Below, one piece after another: positions 1 through 7,369 of a DNA stretch of 24,944 nucleotides. Within the stretch, counting starts at the first letter, position 1. Every line of letters begins with the position of its first letter. Origin of the DNA: Longivirga aurantiaca. Lineage in GTDB: Bacteria; Actinomycetota; Actinomycetes; S36-B12; CAIYMF01. The notes beneath the pieces were generated by a model. That model saw only the letters and a program-made list of their open reading frames with translations. It was not told where the DNA came from and searched no databases. Made by a program: the position numbers and the translations under genes. The stretch is taken from NCBI RefSeq assembly GCF_042660085.1, contig NZ_JBHSTI010000034.1:1-24944 (forward strand), read 5' to 3'.

Positions 1-997
1 AGAGGAACGCCGCGAACGCACCGGCGGCGACGAGCGCGGACAGCGCCTGACCGGGCCATCCCTCGAAGACGAGAGCCGGCAGCCGCAGCACGATCGTGTC
101 GGCCTGGTCGGTGCCCGCGAGCTCGGGGGCGTACACGCGGCCGAGCGCCCCGAGCACCGGCGGGAACACGTAGAACATGCTCAGCAGACCGAGCACCGCG
201 AGCGTCGTGCGACGAGCGGCCCGGCCGTCGGGGTTCGTGTAGAAGCGCACGAGCACGTGCGGCAGGCCCATCGTGCCGAGGAAGGTCGCGAGCAGGATCG
301 AGTACGTCGAGTAGAGCGGGTACTCCCGGCCGCCGTACCCGGACAGCGGCTCGCCCCAGCCGCCGTCGGTGAAGACGGGCGCGCCGTCGCCGTACCAGGC
401 GGCGACGATGAGGACGGCCGGGAGCGCGATCGCGACGAGCTTGAGCCAGTACTGGAACGCCTGCACGACCGTGATCGAGCGCATCCCGCCGGTGGCGACC
501 GTGATGCCGACGACCACGGCGACCACGAGCGAGCCTGCCCACTGCGGCGCGCCGGTGAGCGCCTGCAGCGTGATCCCCGCCCCCTGCAGCTGGGGCAGCA
601 GGTAGAGCCAGCCGATGAGGACGACGAGGGCGGACGACGTGAGCCGCACCTTCTGCGAGCGCGTGCGCATCTCGGCGAAGTCCGGCAGCGTGTACGCGCC
701 CGAGCGGCGCAGGGGTGCTGCGACGAGGATCAGCAGCACGAGATAGCCGACGGTGTAGCCGACGGGGAACCACAGCATGTCGACGCCGTACGTCAGCACG
801 AGCCCGGCGATGCCGAGGAAGGACGCCGCTGAGAGGTACTCGCCGCCGATCGCCGATGCGTTGAGCAGCGGGCTCACCGAGCGCGACGCGACGAGGAAGT
901 CCGAGGTCGTCCGCGACACGCGGACGCCGAAGAGGCCGATTCCCACCGTCGCGACGACGACGACGACGATCGCGACGACCGGCCACCACGACGTCAC
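1..997 (-). CDS. Sodium:solute symporter family protein, cation/acetate (ActP-like) type; C-terminus truncated by window edge
   Basis: Reverse complement from GTG at 995-997 reads VTSWWPVVAIVVVVVATVGIGLFGVRVSRTTSDFLVASRSVSPLLNASAIGGEYLSAASFLGIAGLVLTYGVDMLWFPVGYTVGYLVLLILVAAPLRRSGAYTLPDFAEMRT..., typical of SSS-family acetate/monocarboxylate permeases. It follows a small membrane protein gene, as in actP loci. Confidence 0.87.
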   Translation of the reverse strand, partial: MTSWWPVVAIVVVVVATVGIGLFGVRVSRTTSDFLVASRSVSPLLNASAIGGEYLSAASFLGIAGLVLTYGVDMLWFPVGYTVGYLVLLILVAAPLRRSGAYTLPDFAEMRTRSQKVRLTSSALVVLIGWLYLLPQLQGAGITLQALTGAPQWAGSLVVAVVVGITVATGGMRSITVVQAFQYWLKLVAIALPAVLIVAAWYGDGAPVFTDGGWGEPLSGYGGREYPLYSTYSILLATFLGTMGLPHVLVRFYTNPDGRAARRTTLAVLGLLSMFYVFPPVLGALGRVYAPELAGTDQADTIVLRLPALVFEGWPGQALSALVAAGAFAAFL

Positions 998-1001
998 GGC
1001 G

Positions 1002-1259
1002 TCAGGACCTCTCGACGAGGTCGACGAACTCGGACTCGGTGCGCTCCGCCGCCCGCACGTACCACCACGCTGCACCGCAGATCCCCGGGAACACCAGCAG
1101 CCCCAGCACGATCCAGCCCAGCGACAGGCCGCCGAGGCGGAGGTCGCGCAGAGCCGGGAAGGCCAGGAACAGCACGGGGATCCCGCCGAGGACCACGACG
1201 AGCCCGGCACCCACCAGGACCGCGAGCCGGAGCTGCGCGCGTCGCAGCGACGTGATCAT
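1002..1259 (-). CDS. Small two-TM membrane protein upstream of the symporter (DUF485/YjcH-like partner)
   Basis: MITSLRRAQLRLAVLVGAGLVVVLGGIPVLFLAFPALRDLRLGGLSLGWIVLGLLVFPGICGAAWWYVRAAERTESEFVDLVERS*. Two hydrophobic helices, short gap to the symporter start. The ORF-track start at 1379 is probably too far upstream. Confidence 0.6.
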   Translation of the reverse strand: MITSLRRAQLRLAVLVGAGLVVVLGGIPVLFLAFPALRDLRLGGLSLGWIVLGLLVFPGICGAAWWYVRAAERTESEFVDLVERS

Positions 1260-1380
1260 CGTGACGCCCAGCGGCGTCTGCTCGCGCACGTCGCCGCGCA
1301 CGCCGCGTCGTGCGCTGCCCCGCGCCGCGGCCGTCCGTGGATGCGTGACCGTCACGCGCTTGGCAGGTCGGTCCTCCACG

Positions 1381-2151
1381 TCAGCGTCCCGGGCGTGCGC
1401 TGCGGACGAGCCGGTCGCGCAGCTCGCGCGTGTGCCGGCGGGACACCTGCAGCACCGCGTCGCCCACGCGCACGCTCACGCGGCCGCCGTCGGTGCGCAC
1501 CTCGTCGATCGCGTCCAGCGGCACCAGCCAGCGGCGGTGGATGCGCACGAAGCCGGCCGACGCCCACTGCTCCTCGAGCAGCGCGAGCGACACCCGCACG
1601 AGGTGCCGGCCGTCCTCGGTCACGAGCCGCGCGTAGTCGCCGTGCGCCTCGACGTACCGCACGTCGGACCGCTTCACGAAGCGGGTGACGCCGCCGAGCT
1701 CGACCGCGATGGTCTCGTCGTCGTCGGCCTCCGCGCCTGCCGCCGCGGGAGGGGCGACGCGTCCCCGTGCCTCGAGCACTCGGCCTACCGCCTCGGCCAG
1801 GCGCTCGTCGCGCACCGGCTTCATGAGGTAGTCGACCGCGCGCAGGTCGAACGCCTCGAGCGCGTGCTGGTCGTACGCCGACACGAACACGACCGCGGGC
1901 GGCGAGGCGAAGCGCCGCAGCACGCGCGCGAGGTCGAGCCCGTCGAGCCCGGGCATGCGGATGTCGACGAAGAGCGCGTCGTACGGCGTGTCCTCGAGCA
2001 TGCGCAGCGCCTCGGCGCCATCGCCCGCCGTCTGCACCTCGCTCACGCGCTCGTCGCGTCCGAGGAGGTACGCGAGCTCGGCGCGGGCCGGCGCCTCGTC
2101 GTCGACGGCGAGCACGCGCAGACCGGCCGGCGGTGCGGCGTCGTCGCTCAT
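1381..2151 (-). CDS. LytR/AlgR-family response regulator (receiver + LytTR DNA-binding domain)
   Basis: Receiver motifs (LRVLAVDDEAPARAELAYLL, DALFVDIRMPGLDGLDLARVL, VFVSAYDQHALEAF, DYLMKP) and LytTR motifs (VRYVEAHGDYARLVTEDGRHLVRVSLALLEEQWASAGFVRIHRRWLVPLDAIDEV). Confidence 0.95.
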   Translation of the reverse strand: MSDDAAPPAGLRVLAVDDEAPARAELAYLLGRDERVSEVQTAGDGAEALRMLEDTPYDALFVDIRMPGLDGLDLARVLRRFASPPAVVFVSAYDQHALEAFDLRAVDYLMKPVRDERLAEAVGRVLEARGRVAPPAAAGAEADDDETIAVELGGVTRFVKRSDVRYVEAHGDYARLVTEDGRHLVRVSLALLEEQWASAGFVRIHRRWLVPLDAIDEVRTDGGRVSVRVGDAVLQVSRRHTRELRDRLVRSARPGR

Positions 2152-3296
2152 GCGTGGACTCCTGGGGTGAACTTCGGGACCCGCATCGAGACCTTCGTCC
2201 CGAGACCGGGCCCAGTCTCGACCACGAGGCCGTACTCGTCACCGAAGACGGTCCGCATCCGCTCGTCGACGTTGCCGACGCCGATGGAGTCGCTGTCGCC
2301 CTCGCCCGTCATCGCGAGCCGGATCTGCTCGGGGTCGGCGCCGATGCCGTCGTCCTCCACCGTGATGAGGCACTCGCTGCCGGCGTCCTCGGCGAGGATC
2401 GTGATGTGCCCGGGCCCCGCCTTGCCCTCGAGCCCGTGCCGGACGGCGTTCTCCACGATCGGCTGCAGGCAGAGGTACGGCACAGCCACCGGGAGCACCT
2501 CGGGCGCGACCCGCACAGTGACCTGCAGCCGGTCGCCGAAGCGGGCGCGCTCGAGCGTGAGGTAGCGGTCGATCGAGCGCAGCTCCTCCGCCAGCGTGGT
2601 GAAGTCGCCGTGCCGGCGGAACGAGTACCGCGTGAAGTCGGCGAACTCGAGCAGGAGCTCGCGCGCGTGCTCTGGGTCAGTCCGCACGTACGACGCGATC
2701 GCGGTGAGCGCGTTGTAGATGAAGTGTGGCGAGATCTGCGCCCGCAGCGCGCGCACCTCCGCCTCCGCGAGCCGGGCGCGCGACGCGTCGAGCTCCGCCA
2801 GCTCGAGCTGCGACGACACCCAGCGCGCCACCTCCGTCGTCGCGCGCACGAGGTTGGCCGTGGCGTCGTCGGTCACAGCCACCAAGGCTCCGACGACGCG
2901 ATCCTCGACCACCAGAGGTGCCACCACCGCGACGTGCCCGAGAGCCCCGACGTCGCGAGTGACCGCAGCCCTGCCGCTCGCGAGCACCGTGGCCACGGCG
3001 TCCATCCCGAGGCCCTCGGCCACCGCGCCGTCGGTCGCGAGCACGCGGTCGGTGTCGGTGATCGCGAAGCCCTCGGACCCGAGCAGTGCGTGCAGGTGCC
3101 GGGCCGCGCTCTCGGCGGCGTCCTCGGTGAGGCCCTCCCGCAGCGCCGGGGCGGCCTGCGACGCGCGGTTGAGCGTGGCGTACGTCGCCTTGTCGGCCTC
3201 GCTGCCGAGGTCGCCGCGGCGCAGCACGCGCAGCGCAGCCACGGCGACGGCGACCAGCACCACCGCCACGACGACCGCGACCACGACCGGGGGCAC
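2148..3296 (-). CDS. LytS-type sensor histidine kinase (N-terminal TM, GAF-like region, His_kinase and HATPase domains)
   Basis: LRAQISPHFIYNALTAIASYVRTDPEHARELLLEFADFTRYSF, PYLCLQPIVENAVRHGLEG, GVGNVDERMRTVFG. Stop overlaps the regulator start (ATGA, 2148-2151). GTG at 3294-3296 precedes a TM helix (VPPVVVAVVVAVVLVAVAVAAL). The ORF-track extension to 4076 is antisense to the Fic-like gene. Confidence 0.92.
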   Translation of the reverse strand: MPPVVVAVVVAVVLVAVAVAALRVLRRGDLGSEADKATYATLNRASQAAPALREGLTEDAAESAARHLHALLGSEGFAITDTDRVLATDGAVAEGLGMDAVATVLASGRAAVTRDVGALGHVAVVAPLVVEDRVVGALVAVTDDATANLVRATTEVARWVSSQLELAELDASRARLAEAEVRALRAQISPHFIYNALTAIASYVRTDPEHARELLLEFADFTRYSFRRHGDFTTLAEELRSIDRYLTLERARFGDRLQVTVRVAPEVLPVAVPYLCLQPIVENAVRHGLEGKAGPGHITILAEDAGSECLITVEDDGIGADPEQIRLAMTGEGDSDSIGVGNVDERMRTVFGDEYGLVVETGPGLGTKVSMRVPKFTPGVHA

Positions 3297-3354
3297 GCGC
3301 CGACCGTAGCGCCGCCCGCCCTCCCAGCCGCCCCTTCCAGCCCCCCGAACCCCG

Positions 3355-3416
3355 CGAGTTACTGCCCGAATGGTCGTTGAGCACCAGGCTTCAACGACCA
3401 TTCGGGCAGTAACTCG
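3355..3416. repeat. Perfect long palindrome: 26-bp arms, 10-nt spacer
   Basis: cgagttactgcccgaatggtcgttga - gcaccaggct - tcaacgaccattcgggcagtaactcg. The arms are exact reverse complements and are AT-richer than the flanks. Confidence 0.95.
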
Positions 3417-3462
3417 AAGCCCTCGCGGGTGGGGGAGGGCGGGTGGCACGTAGCGTGGCGGG

Positions 3463-4263
3463 GTGCCGACCGACGTCCTCGCCCCGCTGCTCGACCTCCC
3501 CGGGGTCGCCGACGCCGTGGCCTCCGCCCGGTCCGCGGTCGACGAGGTGCTGTGGGACCGCGGCGTACGTGCGCGGGCCGGCGAGGTGGTGGCCGCCTCC
3601 CGGATGCGCGGCGGCTGGGCATCGGCGGCCATCGACGGCGCGGAGGTGCGCCCCGACGCCCTCGTGTCCGGCGACGCGCTCGACGGCTCGCCCATGGGCC
3701 GCGTCGTCGGCGCGGCTCTCGCTGTCCAGGTCGAGACGCCGCTGCTCGTCGACACGTTCGGCCGCGCGCCCCTGCAGGCGCTGTCGCGGCTGCACGCCGT
3801 CGCCTCCGCGGGCTTCGTCGACGACGACCTCCGTGGCCGGCTCCGCACGAGCGACGACGCGGACGACCCGATGCGCCTCGGCGGGCTCCCGTCGTACGCC
3901 GAGGCCTCGCGCCGCACCACCCAGCTCGCCACGGTGCTCACCTCGCCGACCGAGGCCCCCGCGCTCGTCGTGGCTGCGATCGCGCACGGCGAGATCGCCG
4001 TGCTGCGGCCGTTCCCCTGGGGTTCAGGGCTTGTCGCCCGCGCGACCACCCGCCTGGTGCTCGCCGCCCGCGGCATCGACCCGGACGGCCTGACCGTCCC
4101 CGAGGCGGGCCTCTTCGCCGCCGGCCGTCCGGCGTACGCCGAGGCGCTGCGCGCCTACGCGTCCGGCACGCCCGAGGGAGTGGCACGGTGGATCGTGCTC
4201 CACGCCGAGACGGTGCGCGTCGGCGCCGCCGAGACCCGGCGGATCCTGGCCGACCTGGTCTGA
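3463..4263 (+). CDS. Degenerate Fic-like protein (family often annotated 'oxidoreductase', Rv3662c-like)
   Basis: 266-aa ORF with typical actinobacterial coding character. HGEIAVLRPFPWGSGLVARATTRLVLAARGIDP resembles the Fic core HxFx(D/E)GNGRxxR with most catalytic residues replaced. Upstream AAxR..ASAAIDGAEV also resembles the Fic N-terminal region. Confidence 0.75.
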   Translation: MPTDVLAPLLDLPGVADAVASARSAVDEVLWDRGVRARAGEVVAASRMRGGWASAAIDGAEVRPDALVSGDALDGSPMGRVVGAALAVQVETPLLVDTFGRAPLQALSRLHAVASAGFVDDDLRGRLRTSDDADDPMRLGGLPSYAEASRRTTQLATVLTSPTEAPALVVAAIAHGEIAVLRPFPWGSGLVARATTRLVLAARGIDPDGLTVPEAGLFAAGRPAYAEALRAYASGTPEGVARWIVLHAETVRVGAAETRRILADLV

Positions 4264-4275
4264 CCCGGACAGCGA

Positions 4276-4304
4276 ACGACGCCCCTGCTAGCGAGAGGCG
4301 TCGT
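4276..4304 (+). terminator. Hairpin just downstream of the Fic-like gene stop; possible terminator (no U-tract)
   Basis: acgacgcc-cctgctagcgaga-ggcgtcgt: 8-bp perfect arms beginning 13 nt after the stop codon. Confidence 0.4.
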
Positions 4305-4642
4305 CGCCGCACGGCGCTCGGGCGATCAGTGCGCTGAAGTGTCCGTCGGGTCGGGTGCGGTGAGCCGCTCTCCCGGCCGTGACGCCCGTTACGTGGGTTG
4401 TCCGCAGCGTGGGTATCCCGGGTGGTGCCGTGCTCTGGTCGTGTCTCGGTCGCCTTTCGATCCGCTGGTCGGCCCCGTCGGCCGGCTCCCGTGGCTCTGG
4501 TGTACTCCCGTGTCAGGCCCGGTGGAAGACCCTGTGCCTCTTGACTTTCCGCCGATCCCGGAGTTCGTCCGATGATCGGGCGACCCGTCACTCTCCGGGT
4601 TCGGATGCCAGACTCAGCAGTGCCCACGCGATCTCGGCCCCC

Positions 4643-4670
4643 GCTCGAGCACGTCAGCTCGAGCACGTCA
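4643..4670. repeat. Exact 14-bp tandem duplication (gctcgagcacgtca x2) at the 3' end of the methyltransferase gene
   Basis: gctcgagcacgtca|gctcgagcacgtca. The second copy ends with the complement of the methyltransferase stop codon (4668-4670). Confidence 0.95.
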
Positions 4671-5351
4671 GAGAGTGCCGTCGGTGGGCTGGTTCACCCG
4701 CGGACCTGTGGCGGCGAAGATGGCCATCGAACCGACCGCCTCCAGTTCCACGTCCTCGAACGATGCCTCGAGGATCTCGCGGAGGCCCTCCAGCGTGTCA
4801 CCAAGGTTGTCGAAGGTGCCTCGCCGGTTGTTCGTCCTGAGGACGGTGCGCGAAAGGCGCGTGCTGTGCCCGGAGTCCCCGAGGATCGTTGCACCGAAGA
4901 GGACGCCGGTGGGGGCGAGGACCGCTGCCACGTTGGCGATGGCGACAGCCTTGCGCGGGAGAGGCCCCGGCAGGCAATGGAGCACGCCGCTGAGCGCAGC
5001 AGAGTCGAACGGCCCGTGGACGGGAAGCGGCTTGCAGACATCCGCCTCTATCAGGGTGACGTCGTGTCCCTGGAGCCTCCGGGACGCAAACTCGAGGACG
5101 TTCCGGTTCGGGTCGAGGAGGGTGACGGCTTGGTGGTCGTGGATCCCGGCTCGGTCCAGGAAGTAGCCGGTGCCAGGGCCTACGTCGAGATGCCTGTCGC
5201 CGAGGTGTCGCCGGTACTCCTCCACCAGACGCGCGGGCGGGATGCGCCACACCACTGGCGCGAAGAAGCCGAGGACCAGCGAGTCGTAGATCGTGAGGAA
5301 GGGCCGGGTGTACTCACGCTGGCCCTTGTACGCGGCGTCGTCTCGGTCCAT
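4668..5351 (-). CDS. Class I SAM-dependent methyltransferase
   Basis: 227 aa with motif I HLDVGPGTGYFLDRAG, motif II-like VTLLDPNRNVLEFASRRL, post motif LIEADVCKPLPVHGPFDSAALSGVLHCLPG. Base composition is visibly less GC-biased than flanking genes. Confidence 0.88.
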   Translation of the reverse strand: MDRDDAAYKGQREYTRPFLTIYDSLVLGFFAPVVWRIPPARLVEEYRRHLGDRHLDVGPGTGYFLDRAGIHDHQAVTLLDPNRNVLEFASRRLQGHDVTLIEADVCKPLPVHGPFDSAALSGVLHCLPGPLPRKAVAIANVAAVLAPTGVLFGATILGDSGHSTRLSRTVLRTNNRRGTFDNLGDTLEGLREILEASFEDVELEAVGSMAIFAATGPRVNQPTDGTL

Positions 5352-5478
5352 GTCACCTCATTGCGGCCACGGCGGAGGGATGGTTCCAACGTGCACTCGC
5401 GCAGATCGTTGGTCAAGGGGTGACGAAGCGTCGTTCGTTCCGGCTCGTCCGTGAGCGGACCGGCGTTCGCCACCGCTC

Positions 5479-5745
5479 GTGCCAGCATCGGCCACGTGCT
5501 GTGCTTCCCGGCGCTCCACCGACATAGTCGGCCACCTGGACTGCCCGTACTGCGACACCGAGATGACGTCCGGCGTGATCGTGGGTCGGTCCCCGGGCGT
5601 GACGTCCAAGAGCGAGCGGAGCGTCGCCGGCGACCTCGGCAGCACGCTTCTCATCGTCGGATCCTTCAACCACTCCGCTCCGGCGTACCGCAGCACCGGA
5701 TGCGGCACCGTCGTCGTTCCCGGACCGCAGAAGAGGGAGCGCTGA
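5479..5745 (+). CDS. Small DUF6487-like zinc-ribbon protein or its degraded remnant
   Basis: LDCPYCDTEMTSGVIVGRSPGVTSKSERSVAGDLGSTLLIVGSFNHSAPAYRSTGCGTVVVPG. CPYCxxEMxxG and xCGTVVVPG fit the family, but one Cys of the second knuckle is Ser and the first ~20 residues look non-native (start uncertain, GTG at 5479). Confidence 0.5.
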   Translation: MPASATCCASRRSTDIVGHLDCPYCDTEMTSGVIVGRSPGVTSKSERSVAGDLGSTLLIVGSFNHSAPAYRSTGCGTVVVPGPQKRER

Positions 5746-5855
5746 CGCGACGCCTTGCCGATCGATCGCGCTGCGGGCTGAGCGACCCGGCGAGGACGTC
5801 ACGAGTCGGGCGCCATTGGGGGTCGGATCGCTTCGTATGCAGCGCATTTCGACCT

Positions 5856-5903
5856 CCAGGGCACGAGGCGGAGCGGCGGCAGATCGGTGCAGACGTGCCC
5901 TGG
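5856..5903 (-). terminator. Inverted repeat immediately 3' of the paralog operon; terminator-like
   Basis: ccagggcacg (5856-5865) and cgtgccctgg (5894-5903) are exact 10-bp reverse complements separated by 28 nt, starting 8 nt after the last minus-strand gene stop (5912). No U-tract. Confidence 0.45.
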
Positions 5904-5911
5904 TGCGAAGG

Positions 5912-7369
5912 TCAGGGGAGGGACCAGCCGAGCTCGACGAGGGTGTCGGGGGTGAGCAGCGGGCAGGCGTCGCTGACCCAGGGCGCGACCGTCTCCTGGT
6001 CGAGCGGCACGGTGAGCGGCGTGGGCCGGAGGCCGTCGACGAAGCGGATCACAACGGACGGCGGGGCAGGGTTGACGGTGCACTCGAAGGTCCACGTGAC
6101 CGTCGCCGTGCCACCGCCCGGGGGGAGGGTGGCCCAGGGGATCTGCCCCGGGGCGGGCGTGCCGAAGGACGGGTCCTGGCTGACGCCGACCTTCATGGTC
6201 CGGTCGTCGGTGACCGTCACGCCGGCCGTCATGGTGAGCGAGGTCGTCCCGAAGGCCGGGTCGGCGACTCTGCGGACGACCCGCAGGTCGGACAGCGTCA
6301 CCGCAGGGGTGTCGGCGCAGATCGCGGCGAGGGCGCGTCGGATGACCGCCGACTGGGCCTGGGTGAAACGCAGCGGCACCTGAGCGCCGGCCAGCTGGTC
6401 TGCGGTCGCGACCACCACGGCGATCCCGTCGGTCTCGGAGTACGCCGTGCCGGCACCCAGGCTGTCGGGCACCCAGGTGCGCGGCACGTCCGGCGTGCCC
6501 GGCGCGCAGTCGGTGACCTCGAGGCGGGCGTCGACCGCCTTGGTGCCGCCGGCGACGAGGCCGCTCAGGTCTCCGGTCCAGGGGATGCGGAGCCGGTCGA
6601 GCTCCGCGCCGTCGATCCGGAGGAGGGCGTCGAAGGGCATGGTGCTGACGACGTCCATCTGCAGCGCGACGGCCGCAGCGCCGACGTCGATCCTCGTGCG
6701 TACGTCGCCCAGGCGGACGCTGCCGGCCACGGCCTGCTGCCAGCAGGTCTGGCGGACGTACTCGGCCCAGCCGAAGTCGGTGGACGGGAGGTCGGCCATT
6801 CCGGAACGCTCGCGCCCCCAGGCGTCGGTGGTGGTGACCCGCAGGTGGAAGTCGCGGGTGGTCGCCCGGATCGCGTCGTCGGTGCAGCCGATCACCGCGC
6901 GCACCACGGCGGCGTCCGGGTTCCCGCCGCCCTGAGGGGCTCCCACGGAGCTCGCGCGGATCCCCGGGCCCTCCAGCGCGTCCACCCGCACGGACACCGT
7001 CGGGTCGTCGGTGGTCGCGAGGTACGCCGCCACCGCGAGGTCGGGCTCCAGCACGCTGAGGTACGGCCCGTTGGCCTCGTCGACGGTCGCGGCCGCGAGG
7101 TCGACGGTCGCGTCGCGCCTCGGAGGCGGCTGCGCGCCGAGCCAGGCCGTCGTCCCGACGCCGAGGGCGACGACCGCGACGGTCGCGATGCCCACGACGA
7201 CCCGATGGCGTCGCAGCCACGGGGTGATGCCGGCGTCGTCGAGCCGTTCCTTCCACGCGCTGCCGGCGTCGTCGCCGACGACGTCGGACGGGCGGTCGAC
7301 GCTGCTCGCGCCCTCGATGACCGAGCCGAGGTCGTCGAGGTCGAGACGCCCGTCTCCGGGGCCGGTCAT
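5912..7369 (-). CDS. Single-pass membrane protein of six-Cys paralog family, member 1 (last gene of operon)
   Basis: MTGPGDGRLDLDDLGSVIEGASS...ERLDDAGITPWLRRHRVVVGIATVAVVALGVGTTAWLG..., one TM and a large extracytoplasmic region with 6 Cys. Starts in a 4-bp ATGA overlap with the upstream gene. Confidence 0.85.
   Translation of the reverse strand: MTGPGDGRLDLDDLGSVIEGASSVDRPSDVVGDDAGSAWKERLDDAGITPWLRRHRVVVGIATVAVVALGVGTTAWLGAQPPPRRDATVDLAAATVDEANGPYLSVLEPDLAVAAYLATTDDPTVSVRVDALEGPGIRASSVGAPQGGGNPDAAVVRAVIGCTDDAIRATTRDFHLRVTTTDAWGRERSGMADLPSTDFGWAEYVRQTCWQQAVAGSVRLGDVRTRIDVGAAAVALQMDVVSTMPFDALLRIDGAELDRLRIPWTGDLSGLVAGGTKAVDARLEVTDCAPGTPDVPRTWVPDSLGAGTAYSETDGIAVVVATADQLAGAQVPLRFTQAQSAVIRRALAAICADTPAVTLSDLRVVRRVADPAFGTTSLTMTAGVTVTDDRTMKVGVSQDPSFGTPAPGQIPWATLPPGGGTATVTWTFECTVNPAPPSVVIRFVDGLRPTPLTVPLDQETVAPWVSDACPLLTPDTLVELGWSLP

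Noticed and set aside
3355-3416. Interpretation of the long palindrome as an ordinary intrinsic terminator
   Set aside because: No U-tract on either side and it lies between two gene 5' ends, so I report it as an unexplained palindromic element.
3297-4076. N-terminal extension of the histidine kinase ORF
   Set aside because: The extension is antisense to the Fic-like gene and crosses the 26-bp palindrome; the kinase TM segment begins at GTG 3294-3296.
4339-4575. 78-aa plus-strand ORF
   Set aside because: No recognisable domain or coding-like composition; most likely intergenic or degraded sequence.
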